This document shows positions 1 through 13,055 of a DNA stretch of 64,000 nucleotides, piece by piece. This DNA is from Lingula anatina (Eukaryota > Animalia > Brachiopoda), in assembly GCA_051362555.1 (NCBI GenBank), contig CM120649.1, positions 248,001-312,000 of the forward strand, in the 5' to 3' direction. The notes beneath the pieces were generated by a model that was not told the DNA's origin, searched no databases, and was given only the letters and a program-made list of their open reading frames with translations. The position numbers and the translations under genes are program-made. The first letter of the stretch is position 1; every line of letters starts with the position of its first letter.

Positions 1-42
1 CTACAAGCAAAAGTATCTTGCACCAAATAAGGCTGGTCTCAC

Positions 43-551
43 CTCAGGTCCCAGTTCAGCCAGTCCAGATATGGCCCCGTAATGTGAGGCGAGTGGGGCC
101 TTCTCATTCTGCAGGGTAGCACTCAACATCTTAGTAATGCGGGTCTGGATGCCATTAGTACTGGTACTAAAGTTTCTACAAACATTTAACAACTAATAAG
201 TTACTATCACAATGATAATGTCATATAGTATGTGTATTTGTATCAGAAATGCTTGACTTAATATATGCAGAACATTAATTCAACTGTGATTTTATTCATG
301 TTCATTTTTCAGTATACAAAACTGACGATCTTATAATAATTCATTATTTTGTAAAAAGATGAAAAATATAAAATAATAAAATCAAGTAACTTAACCACAG
401 CTAAACAAGAATAATAATAACCAAAAAAGATAAACTACAAATAGGATAAAAACTTTATATGTTTATCTATAAAAAATAATCATGCCAAGGATATTTCATC
501 AATTTACTTTAACCCAGGTTTCTTCAATGTATTAACATTCCATAATCATCA

Positions 552-585
<34 letters not shown>

Positions 586-3500
586 AGTCATTCTTTGCTA
601 GTGGTGCACTGCGGGGGGACCATAACAAGAATGTAATTTAAATTTAGATAGCCGACCAAATTCTCATGACATCGTTGTGTATGTTTCAATAACAAATCAA
701 AGAAGCTGCATGAGCAAGGAGGATGTTGTTATAAAAGCAAAAAAAGAGAAAAAGCAGAAAATATATCGAAATTACCCTCAAAATGGCGTCCTTTTTTGTG
801 GAATTTCGACCCTACCTCTATTTAGGAACAGTTTGTTTAGGGTTTGAATGAATTATTGAAGCAGGGAATACACCTACTGCAAGAAGATATAATAAACAGA
901 ATGTGCAAATGGTTATTTAAATAAAAATTTATTTGAAGTCACTGAAAAATGATCACAAAATTAGCTTAACTTACGATACATGCGGTGTCCCACCCCGATG
1001 AAAATTTCATCTAATCCTATCTTTCCGTATTAAAACTGTTAAATCGTCCAAAGTAGTATGTCGGTTAGTTTGTGTCACGAAATCCATGATAATATCAGTT
1101 TTCTTAAGAATTTCACATTTATTGCTCAGCAAGGTCGATTTTTCTTCACCGCGTCCCAATATAACGTTCGCAACGCTGAAACTTCAGAGATCGATTCTTA
1201 TCAGACGACTTTAAAATGCCGCGTGAAAATTATACATCGATAGCGATCTTCTTCCATACTCACTAACTGATGACGTCTTACACACGAATGGCTTCTTTTG
1301 CACACTAAAAAAACCAGCTCAAACTGGCGGGTGGCCCATTCTGATAACACGTCACGCAATGACGCTGTCGAGATAGGATGCAGGGCACAGGTGTAATTCC
1401 CTCGATTTAACCGTCACAGGATTGTTTATTGGGATCTTCTTTGTATGAAGGTGAGAAATAATGAGTTTCGTTTCATTTTTCTTCAATTGTTTCAACATAT
1501 TTGTGTACCGATTGATTTTTACCATTCTATAAGTAGGGTGACTTCGTCTGAACTTTCGTTTTGCGTCTGTGTCACATGGGGGACTAAAGGTCGGGGTCTG
1601 CCATATAGATAAACGTCCCAATAAAATATTCGCCCCGATAGATACGTCTCTATATATACACGTCTCAATAGATGTACGTCTCGTTAAATTTATGTTCCGA
1701 TAGATCCACCAACAGATTCCTATAAACCCACGTATCTTTAGATCCAGGTACCGCTAGATCCATCTATCTGACATCGTAATCGGCTAAAAGGCCCATATCA
1801 ACTTGCGTTGTGAAATTTAGAACACATTTTTATGTTCTTTTTTTGTTTTGTTTTGTTTAGAACACATTTACATGTAAATTCAGAACACTTTTTACGTGTT
1901 CGAATGTTGCATTTTGAGAACGCTTTAAACAGTGTTCTGACGCTAGAACAGTAATTAAGCGTTGTGAAATATAGAACACACTTTTGTTCTTTTTATGTTC
2001 TTTCACCGAGTATTGTGTGAAAACGATCTAGTAGAATAATATATTGCTGACTGCGTACTGCCGTTTTAAAGAAGTGCATTTTATGTACTGAGTAGTATAC
2101 CAACCATTTCGAGCAATAGTGTAGGCCTACCTGTAATGGATCTATCGGTATTTGGATCTAAAAATACGTGGATCTATAGGTATGCGGATTTAAAGGACGT
2201 GGGTTTATGAGGACGTCATATCTATAGGAACGCAAATATATAGGACAGCAGAAAAAATCGGATCTATCGGTATTTAAATCTAAAAAGACGTTTTTTCCGT
2301 TTTTCCTTTATGTATCTATCGGTAACGGGAGTATAGAGACGTGTAATATTTTGGGACTAAATTTTATCCGTACGTACCCTAAAGGTCATATTGAACATGG
2401 TGACGCGGTGATACCGTATTCATGTTCTCTTGTTCTCGAAAACTCAATCATCGAAATTGAATTACTTTTTTTTTAGTTTTGTCTTAAATTAAGCTGCTAC
2501 ACTGTATTCCGTGCGTTTAAAATTTAACCGTCTGTAAAAACAGCAATAATGGATTACTAGCAACACTTACGTTACGCAATGAAGCACCGAAAATGGGTGA
2601 AGAAAATGTGTCTCAGTAATGCGTGTTTGCCACTCATAATGCACTGTACTTTGTTTGAATAAGCAATAAACTATTTGTGATCTTAGGTTATCCATTGTTC
2701 GTTATCAGAGTTAACAGATTCTTTGTGTGATTTTTTTTCAGAATCCCAAGAGTGGATGCCTTAGTGAGCACAGAACAGATATCACCATTGGTCTACATAT
2801 GTCAGGAAGAATGTTATAATTATGAACTTTGTGTTACACTGAACTTCATTTTGTTAAATTTTGTATTTAACTGAACTTTATTGTGTTAAAATAATAATAA
2901 AAAAATAATATTTCTGATAAAAAACTACAATCTGGAACATTCTTTAGATCAACTTTGTTCAGTGTGTGTCCCATATGACAGAGTTACAGTAAATAAAATA
3001 TGTGCATTATTCCTCTGTGTTTGTCAATTCCATTTTAAAAGCATGTGAAAGTGGTGTGCCCCTCATGAATGAAGTGTGTATGGATAATAGCAAAAATATT
3101 GTTATTATTTACATGATTATAAAAAGTTTTTGTACCCGCGTCAATAACGTTACCGTGACCCACATATTCACCATTTTTATTAATTATGAAATGTGGATTA
3201 AATTCTTCAAAACCAGTTTTGAAGCATTGAGACAACACCCCCTTATGATTTAAACTAAAACTGAAAACATTCCATTAGACTTTCATTAGTTTGTGCAAAA
3301 TATATTACCCAGGGTAACGCGTCTTGGATTTGGTGGGTATAGCTGTTCAACTCTCCTGTGTGCCCTAAAAAGGGCAGCTGCTGTTTCCCTTTTTATGAAA
3401 TGATAAACTGTGATGGTGTAGCTATCACATCGCAAAATTACAGCTTCCCAGAGAAAGTTTGAAATTTTTGGTCAAATTCAACATTTTGTAACCACTAGCA

Positions 3501-6500
3501 AAGAATGACAGATTATTATTATAACTTACTTGCATGTCTGAGCTATCAATCTGGCAGCAAAGTCTCTGAGAGCCCAGTGGTTGTCTACATCTGGACGCAT
3601 ACACAGCTGTTTACTGACCACACATGTCAGAACTGCTGGGATCAGCTCATGTAACTGGAAAGTATGGACATAAATTAGAGATAGAAGAGAGAGAGAGAGG
3701 TGGACATGGACTTCACAGCATGTATTAAGTATGTATTAACAGCAAAGTGTGTAGGGCAAATATGGTACAATTCTTCCCAGCAGTAAAGTGGCTGCATACA
3801 TAACTGTTTACTGATAACACAGATAAAACCATGTTAAAATGGGTTTGTTGAAATAGAAAGCAGTCTCATAAAGTAGAGGTACAGAGAGGTGGAGGGGATC
3901 CTCTGTATCTTGTACCACCTGCTTAGTATGCGGGACCAATAGTTATGCAGAGTCCATTATACATTGTAAATTTACAGTGATGAAACATGGCATGACAATC
4001 TTTTCTATTTATGCTCTCTGCTTAATTCAATCAACAGCAACTCCAAAATAATAGGTTATTTTACAGAGTAACCAGACTAAAAAAACCTTAAAACTTCAGA
4101 TTTGAAACTTACATATTTTTCCAGGTACAAGTTGTGGTTGTCCATGAGAGATTTCACCATTCTCATCAGGTAGATAAGGAGGGCCAGGTTATTCTGGACC
4201 ACGTTTACTTTCACCTGTGGAATACAAAGATATACTGAGCATCATAAACACCCAAGGTCAGAAAATAAGTACAATCTGCTTGATATTCATTTCAAATTTG
4301 ACCCAGATGGCTCGTTTCCACTGATTACAAGTATTTAAATGTGGTAACAATAACTTACATTAACCTGTTTCAATTTAATCTGTAGCTTTAATTAATTATG
4401 ACTGTCACAAAGTGATGTAAAGCTAAACTGTACTCACTCCCTCTGAGATAAAAGCACTAAATCTTGGTAACATTTGGTGTAGACCGGGGTCGGTGGCTAG
4501 GCTGGTTAAGGCTTCCTGGAAAAAGAGAGATCTTTTTACACAAAAGCTGTATTCAGCAACAGGTGCTACCATTTAAATAGTTGTTTTTTCTTACATTTTG
4601 ACAAAAGATCATAAAACCTTGCAGAAAAATTAATGAAAAGCTCAAAATAAGATACTGCTGGTTTCAAAGACAGAAATGTCTCTCTCAGTATAGTGGAGCA
4701 GCTCCATGGTTTGAGTATCACTTTTTTCTTCTTTTCTATTTATACTCTTTTTTTTTTTTTTTTTGGACAAAATAACAAACAAATAAAAGTTCAAAATGTA
4801 TTAATAGGACCAAATGATACCCTGAGCTTCAGATAAAATGCATGCTACTTAGAAATTTCCTGTAACAATAAATGCTGAGCATCCAGTGATTCAAGTTTCA
4901 TGATTAAAATAGAATGACACCTGACACAGTTAACAGCCTCATTCAGTAGTTGTATTTGATGCAGTAAACTTCAGTCAAATACCCCTGAACTTCAGATTCA
5001 ACAAACAGGCATGTATGGATCAGCTATAAAACAAACTAATACCACTTACAGATCTTCTAGTTTCGTCTGCTCCTACACACGCCTCGGTGATCTCCTTGTA
5101 GTAAAGTTGTTGCTCCTAAAACATGAATATTATATCACTTCAGTTAGCTTTCAGTTATCAAAATAAACAGCATAATAATGCAAGTCATCCTAATTTCAAT
5201 CTTCTATATCTCTAAAGAAAGTTCACTCTCATGTTTCATTAAGAAAAGTCAATGTATTCCATGCTATTGCAAATATTTTGTTATTTATTTTTGAGTAAAT
5301 ATGGAATGTTACCACAGAGAACTCATACAGTGTCCAAACTTTTCCTTTTAACACATAAGTATTCACCTCTTGATTACATTTAAACAAACAGTGCAAAATT
5401 GAGAAACATTTAAATACAATTTTACAAGCAGACTTATATACACATACAAAAAAATTAATAAAATGAATAAATAAATAAAAAAAACATGGTGTCTCACCAC
5501 AGACAGTTCATGTGTTGCGTGTTGTTTCATCTTCACCAGATCTTTGGCTTTATGTTTGGCCCGCGCTATTTCCGCCAGAGGTTTTGGTTTCTGAAGTTTA
5601 TCATTGGACGCCTTAATACTGGGGTCGATACTCTCCAGCTTCTGGAGGTCTTTAGAAACAGGAGGAGGGTTCTCTGGAATGGCCGGCTGTTCACCCTCTA
5701 TACAAAGCCAATGAGCTGAAAATAAATAAATAAATAAATACACAGATAAATAAAATAAAAAATAATAATCAATACAGTAGACGTGTGTACGAGTTATGAG
5801 ACTACTGGAAATAAAGTATCAAATCTTTGCTTCATTCATATAAAATCAATGGTCCCTGATTGAACTGAAGTTTTTTTTTTTTAACAATATGTACTATGTT
5901 ACACTGTGTTTTTAACATGTGCATATTTCAAACTTTCTCAACAGTCTCAGGTATATATTCAACTCAAGCCAAAAAATAAAATTATGTGGTTCATCCCACG
6001 CACACTTTTTTTTTTTTGCTTGTGCAGCATTTTTAACTCTTCTAAACTTTTCCAGACTAATTCAGTATATAGTTCTTGGTAAACTAGATTATTTCTGTTC
6101 ACCTTTTAAAGAGACTTCAAGAGGGATCTTGGGCAGAGCACCATTAATGAGGTCCTGGAGATCCAACTCCTTCTCCTCCTGGAAGAACACCTCTCTGCCG
6201 CCACCGCTGGCGTGACGAAAGGGCACAAAGTCTGGCGCATTAAACCCATACAATGGCTAGAAATACAACATCACAATAACTGATTAATATTGAAACACTT
6301 TATTTTATATGCTGCAGTAACTAAATGTATGTATCACTGTGTGAAGAATTTCATGGTGATGTATCAGCATTTCCCAGATTCTCTAATAAAGGATTATAAA
6401 CAATGAAGCAACATCTATTTAATATATATAAAACTGACATTCATTCTAAACCCACCTCTACATTCTGAATTTTGAAGGCATTGTCAATGTCAGCGGGTGA

Positions 6501-6951
6501 CAGCTTTCTTCTTTTACCATGCTGCATTAATTTGACAGCTTCCTGAAAGATGGAATATATGTCTACATCAGAAAGACAGCCAACCTGTCTCAAACCCCAC
6601 CAAATGCCAGTGAAACTAAAACTGATGTAAAATTGTGTAAAAGTTTGGTTACTTTTACTTTTAAATTTTTATATATCCTCTTGTTCTGCTTTTGGAAGAG
6701 CAAACTTATTTACATATATTTGACATACATTTCATTAGCTAAGTAAACATCAATACTGTTATTATTTTCACCATCATTATCATCACAACCTGTATAGTCA
6801 TCTTGAGTCGGTAAGTAACATCCTCTGCCAGATGTAAAGAAGCCTCATCCTGCAGTCCTGAAACTCCAACAGATTCTGCAATGGCTTTCATCGACTCATG
6901 GGACAAGATACTGTGTTTCTTGGCACTCCGAACCTTTGCAGGGTCTGCCAT
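43..6951 (-). CDS. TAF6: Transcription initiation factor TFIID subunit 6, first 9 coding exons (gene continues beyond the left edge)
   Basis: GT-AG exons in consistent phase: 6790-6951, 6456-6542, 6103-6256, 5498-5715, 5050-5115, 4438-4515, 4113-4214, 3530-3654, 43-175. Translation gives the histone H4-like fold ([12 protein letters not shown]...AEDVTYRLK...[25 protein letters not shown]) and the TAF6 signatures [78 protein letters not shown] and [15 protein letters not shown]. Probable 5'UTR intron with acceptor at 7040-7041 and donor at 7338-7339. Confidence 0.97.
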
Positions 6952-7339
6952 GCTGTCTGTCTTCAGTTCCCAACCTTGTTTTCTAATTCATGATATTTTT
7001 TATCAATTTGGTGTCGCGTAACGCCTCTTCATGCGATGTCTGAAATTTAAGCATTTTATTTTATTCGAAAAAACTGATTTAACTTTTAAAGATTAACATC
7101 CAACTTTCACAAAGAAACTATTAGAAAAGTTCAGCAATCTAAAATGTGCTAAGAAACACTTATTTCAACGTTTTAATTCTTAATGTTACGGACAAATCGT
7201 TCATCAAATGAAAAGTACGTTTTTACTCATTAATTGTAAAATGTAATTTGTTCATTGATCACAGACTTTTGCGTCAATTTGCAATAAATAAAAAGTTTGA
7301 AATGCAACCAAAACTTGCTGACAAGGAGAAGCATATTAC

Positions 7340-7643
7340 CTTATTTCTCATGCACAGAGTGATTCTGTATTTCCTCGCGAAATTAATGTATATGCTCAAA
7401 ACATTTCACCTCCAAAACTGATTAAACCCGTTGTATTCATTCAGTGTCCACCATAGCTATCCCAGACACCCTCAAATGACGCGAGATTTCTTGTGTTGCT
7501 CAGAGGGACGAGATCGTGACGTCATGTAAACAACATGGAGGACCGTGTGTGATTGTATATAATTGTAGCAATACAAACACCGATACAATTTGAAGAACAA
7601 ACAAAGAACATCTCAAACTGAAAGCAATATTTATTCAACTCAG
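7340..7643. promoter_or_regulatory. Bidirectional promoter and divergent non-coding first exons of TAF6 and the CAP-Gly gene
   Basis: A minus-strand donor at ~7339 and a plus-strand donor CAG|GTGCGT at 7643/7644 face away from each other ~300 bp apart. Local CpG cluster with a GCGAGATTTC-type element (~7481) and a full CRE TGACGTCA (7517-7524). Short uORF ATG-GAG-GAC-CGT-GTG-TGA at 7535. Confidence 0.65.
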
Positions 7644-8286
7644 GTGCGTACTTATTTTCACTTTTATTTACACGAATTGTTACCTGATCTTAACTTAGGC
7701 AAATAAAAAATACAGATGATACAGGTACAGCAGTACGTAAGTTAATTGTCTAACTACCGGTACAGACAGGTGCCCGGTCTGATGTTCATAATATGGCTGA
7801 TGTAAAGTAGTATTATGGACGGTAATTTTACAAGCAAAAGTATCAGACGGAATATTACAGACTTGAGAAGCGTACTTACTTTTGTAAGACAAATGGAGAC
7901 TATATATTCACCTTGGGCATTGTGCTTGCTGCAGTATTTTTTTGTCGTACATGTACATGTGCATGTGCGTCCCACCAACATACATGTGTATATATGTAGA
8001 ACTACACTGTGTACCACAGCTACTTTTCCAAAATTTGGATAAAGTTCCTCTTAGATATACCGAGTATATATTCTACTGATGAGTGCCACATAAAATTATA
8101 ATTTGTCATAATTAATTTTGAAAGGGAGTGAACAATTTATACACTATGATTTGGTTCGTTCCTTCACACATACTCAATTTTTTTAAAATTCTGCTGTTCT
8201 GCTTTTAATCTTTCAGTGCAGTTTTAAAAAATACCATACATGAAATATGTTTCAATAAATATAAATTCCTCACATATTTTACAGGA

Positions 8287-8956
8287 ATGGTTCTCCACAG
8301 TAATATCAATGTAAACCAGAGAGTGGAGGTGAAGAGAAATGGCAGTATCTACACTGGCATGGTGAGGTACAAGGGTCCTCTGGTTACCCAGGCAGGAGAC
8401 TGGGTGGGAGTAGCCCTGGATGAGCCTGGTAAGAATATAGCTTGATATTCCCATGTTTACAGTGTAAGACCGCATTCACAACAAGTTGAGCCATGGCTCT
8501 ACAAATCAAGGAACGAAATATGGCGGACGTACATGAAAGAAAAACCGCCTAATCTTTTAATACTCTCTCCGCCTCTCACACACCTCCCCACACGTCGTCC
8601 CTGCGGGGGTACAGTCTTTAAATCTCGGCTCCATTGGGACGACACTGTAATTCAGTTTCATTTCATTGTATGTATACTATAGTAGTACCTGTGAAGTACA
8701 ACATTTTTTATCAGTAGATTCTGGTGCATAAGTTGTAATTGAATATTGTCATATTGTAATACATGTAAGTCCTTGTTATGATTTCAGCATGATCTCTTTT
8801 TCTGTATTATTTTGTCACTTGGGTTAATTCAGATTTGATTTTCATTTTCAGTTGGGACCCACGACGGGTTGTTCAAGGGAAGGAGGTATTTCTCCTGCAA
8901 AGACGGACATGGTATTTTTACTAGAGCTCAACAGATAAGGTTTATCCCCTTGACAA

Positions 8957-9002
<46 letters not shown>

Positions 9003-10436
9003 GTAACAATAAATAAGGTAAAATCAACAATATACATGTATATTAATATTTAAGAGAGAGATTATTATAAATTAAAAAGATTAGGAATATACATGATCAA
9101 GGGAAAAATGATATAAACACAGATTCTAATTGGTAAATTGCATTGTAATTACTTTGTTTTTATTCACAAAATTAATTTCTGTACAATTGGGTGTGGAGTA
9201 CATTCATTAAAGATATTTGATTTATAAAAGGAAACATATACACTGGCCAATTATATTGCCTGTGAACTATGGCAAATATTGGCAGATCAGTTTGTTTATT
9301 TTGTTCACCTTTTTGTTGTCTTGTAAACTAATTGGATACTCAGGGCAGTCTTGATATATTGATGTTGTTCCAGTTCATTAACACTATTGAAAACATCCAG
9401 AGAAGTCTGCTCCTCTGTAATTATATCTTTTGATTTGCTTCTTTTGATTTAATTCCACTTAATCAATACCAGCCATTCTTGGCTAATTATGACTATACGC
9501 AATCAATATCCCTGTCAAAGATTTTGATTTGAATTGTCAAATAAAATCTGCATTTCTTCTGTTAACCCCTATATTCCAAAAACCTTTTTTTCTAGTTTTG
9601 GTTTCCATGCTTTGAAAATCAGTGGCAGATCCAAATTTTTGTAAGGGGAGAAGTCACAAGGATGCAATATTTGACTTGTTTTGGACAAGTAGACTATGAG
9701 ATGTAGTGCACAGGCATAGGAAAATGACTTGCCTTTCCCCTATTGTGATCAATCATTATTCTATTGTTGGGAGAGGTCAAAGGGAGGGGGGGGGGACTTA
9801 ATGAGGGGCACCTGCAGCTAGCCCCTACACACGTACACACACACACAATTTTACCTGCAGAAAAATTTAACATATAGATATAGACAATTAATTTGTAAAT
9901 TTAGAACTTCATCCCATTCTTTAAGAATAGAGAAGGGTAGATATAGTAATATCCCTCGTAACCAAAGAATTTGTCAGTATTGCTCAAATGATAATGTTGT
10001 GGAAGATGAGTATCATTTTATTTTGATATGTAAATTGTACTCTGACTTTAGAAGAGTTTATATCAAACAGTATTACTGGCGAAGGCCATCTACTTTCAAA
10101 CTAGTACAGTTATTAAGTACACATAATGTTGCTGACCTAAGAAATTTAGCTAGATTCCTGTGTGCTGCCTCTAAGCTTAGAGAGGACACTATAAGTTTTT
10201 GAGTTGATCCAACAATATTTGTTTATTGGTATACTATATAATTACTATATAATACTAGCCTTATAAAGAAAAGTCACACTGCAATTTTTTTTTTTTAAAG
10301 ATATATAAGTCTGTCCATCCACCACTTTTTTAGGTACTCCAATATGTCAACAGTGGTTGCCACCTCCACCTACCACAAATGTTATACTTTCTATGGTTAT
10401 ATGCCTATGTCAAGTTGATTTGGCAATAAACTATAC

Positions 10437-10475
<39 letters not shown>

Positions 10476-11793
10476 TTGTTTTCCTGCTGAAGGTTATTTT
10501 TTATGCAGCAAATAGCCATAGCTGATATTGACATACTGTTTTTATTTACTTGCAGCCTGTACAATAAATACTACTGTGTCAGCAGGAAATCATATGTTGA
10601 TATATACTGTTTTTATTTACTTGCAGCCTGTACAATAAATACTACTGTGTCAGCAGGAAGTCATATGTTGATGAAACATTATTTGGCAATACATCAAGTA
10701 AGTAATTTTTTATCAAATTTATTCTTGTATATTGATTTATTATTAAAATTTACTAAGAATTTTGTTTTTCATTAAATGTGTTTGGAAGAATGAATATGTT
10801 ATAATAGTAAACCGTGAGTAAGTGCATTTCATTTTATGTCACATAAGTTTTATTATTAGTGGTTATTACTTTGGATTGTGTTAGTTGTGCCATATTCATC
10901 AATTGTTCCTGATTGTGACAAGAGCACATACAAGCAATACTCCATGTGAGCCTTCATATCTGTTAGAATTGTGACAAAACCACATTTATACACTTCTCCA
11001 TGTGAGACTTAATTCATATTTGTAAAGTTGTCGTATATTCTGATATTATTATTCTTAAAAATGCCAAACATGTATTTATTTTTTGACAATTTCAGAACCA
11101 GAGCCAGATGACAGGCCATATGACCCCATTTCTATCTCAGGTGACTACACTAGGAGAGCCAAGTCTGCTTTCTTTGACAGTAAGTTCAATATTTTTAATT
11201 TAAAAGAAATCATGTTTAAAATAAACAATTAATTAAGTTCAACTATCAAATATACAATAGAAGATAGACTTCATGCTTAACATTTGACTCAGCTGAAGTT
11301 TTACATATTCATGAAAAAAAATAGCCACATCAATCAGACTTAGTAATTTTATTTTGAACTGAAAACTGAGAACACTTTTGTTATGAAAATAACTTCAGCT
11401 GTTGTCCACTGTCACTTTAAAGCCTTCACAAGTTAATATGATAACTTTTAATGGCTGTCTGTTTTCTCCCCAGGTGAAGACATGTACGCCAGACCAAAGA
11501 GCTACCATTTGAGTCACAGAGTTAGTAACCGTATCCCTGCAGCCACCATGACACGCCCCTACACCTCCATGTCTCAATATTCCTACTACAGTACACCTAT
11601 CAGCTCAGAATATGCTCTCGACAGAGACTCCTTTATCTCTAGTCCATCTATCCCAAAGATTCACATGCCACATTCAGCTTTAAAGAGACAAGTTTCGCGA
11701 GGATGGGAGAATTCTCATTACGTGAGAGAGATGTCAGTGGCCAGTGGTAGAGATTCTGCTAAACTGCTTCAGTGGAATGATATCTCTGCATAG
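8287..11793 (+). CDS. CAP-Gly domain protein (~241 aa) with an SYVDETLFG motif and a Ser/Pro/Arg-rich C-terminus
   Basis: Phase-consistent exons 8287-8428, 8852-8960, 10627-10697, 11096-11179, 11474-11793 (726 nt). The N-terminus NQRVEV..GMVRYKG......[32 protein letters not shown] is a canonical CAP-Gly signature (GKNDG variant GTHDG). Confidence 0.9.
9881..10202 (+). mobile_element. 5'-truncated non-LTR retrotransposon (LINE) 3' end, in a CAP-Gly gene intron
   Basis: The frame reads ICKFRTSSHSLRIEKGRYSNIPRNQRICQYCSNDNVVEDEYHFILICKLYSDFR, the CxxC...EDExHF..xC zinc-knuckle-like C-terminus of LINE ORF2. Confidence 0.85.
10533..10672 (+). repeat. 71-bp tandem duplication that includes a 3' splice site
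   Basis: atactgtttttatttacttgcagcctgtacaataaatactactgtgtcagcaggaa(a/g)tcatatgttgat occurs twice; the AG acceptors end at 10555 and 10626. Confidence 0.9.
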
Positions 11794-12833
11794 GTCATAA
11801 TTATTTAGCTTTACACCAGTTTAATACATTTTGTCACTTAATTATATCATAATATTTATATTCATGATTCACTTACTGTGAGCTCAATTGTGTGAAATAA
11901 TTTGACCTATTCATAGTACTGCGGTACATGTACAATGTATGTAGGAGGTAAATGTCTGTTCTGTCCATTGACATCTTCACAAAACCTGTAGAGATGATTT
12001 AACTATGACTGTTATGATAATGATAATTGGAAATAAGGTCAAGTTGACATATGTTATATTAAAAAAATATGCATGTCAATGGCCATTTTTGGTCAACATA
12101 TGTTTAGAAGAAAAATTAAATAATTTATTTTTATAATGATTAGTTAATGAGCTGAATTTTAACTCTTTCAGTACATGTAGCTTTACAACATCTTCTAAGA
12201 GATGAAAAATTAAAATCATATTTGTTTTTTGTGTACATTTTTTTTTTCATCTTCACATCTTTTTTTGTCTTTTTCATCATAATTATGTTACTTCAATGTC
12301 AGTTATAGCAAAAGGTTGAACACCACTTACAAGTATTTTATTTTGCTTGTTAAGTTCAACAAATTGCTTCAAAGTAGATTATGTTTTTACTAATTTCAAG
12401 ACCTAAGTGGTCCAATAGATATAATACAAATATTTTAAAGTCATTGTTTGTTTAGATTTTTAAATGTGGATCACATTATCTTTGATGAAGTTCATTTATT
12501 AACTGATGTAATTATATGTACAGTGCTAGTAATTAGCAATGCAAAGAAAAATGTAGTGTTGGAAACTGTTTGAGAATTTAATCACTAAAAATGTAATGTT
12601 TTATTTATAAAAAGATCAAAGCCTTGGAAGGTGGCTTGCCTAGTTTACTAACCATTGGCCTCAGTAGCAATAAAAGCCAAAGACTTGCGCTTAGCAGGAC
12701 ACATAATATGCAATTGACCAGTTTTATGCCTCCAGTTATTTGAAAATAAAAGAGAAAAGTAATGGATGGGTGTTTTATTCCTTTGCTATGATTATGATTA
12801 TGATAAAAAGGACCCCCATGTATGTAGAGTTAT

Positions 12834-13055
12834 GAATGAGAACAAAGTCAATATCACACGTTTTATTCTAACTTTCGTATAAAGTTAAAATTTAACTAGG
12901 CGCGTTAAAGATATCACAAATTCTATAAATATGTTGTCTAATTGCAGGACTCAATACTGAACACACTGCATATAGGCCATAAGGGCTTAAGTGCATGGCA
13001 TGGTATGTAAAAGTACATATTTATAACATGCATTAATTATGTATAGTACCGGTGT
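12834..13055 (+). repeat. Non-coding block duplicated at 15692-15915 (local duplication within the membrane-protein cluster)
   Basis: Shared gaatgagaa...caatatcacacgt...atatcacaaattctat...aattgcaggact...ggccataagggctt...aaagtacatatttataacatgcattaattatgta. Confidence 0.85.

Noticed and set aside
1352-1621. Possible MULE transposase C-terminal remnant (FRRSHPT...LKQLKKNE)
   Set aside because: The similarity rests on one short motif, and no TIR/TSD pair could be fixed with confidence.
8848-9030. ORF with a poly-Leu signal-peptide-like stretch
   Set aside because: The poly-Leu is the antisense reading of a (TAA)n microsatellite, and the ORF overlaps a real CAP-Gly exon on the opposite strand.
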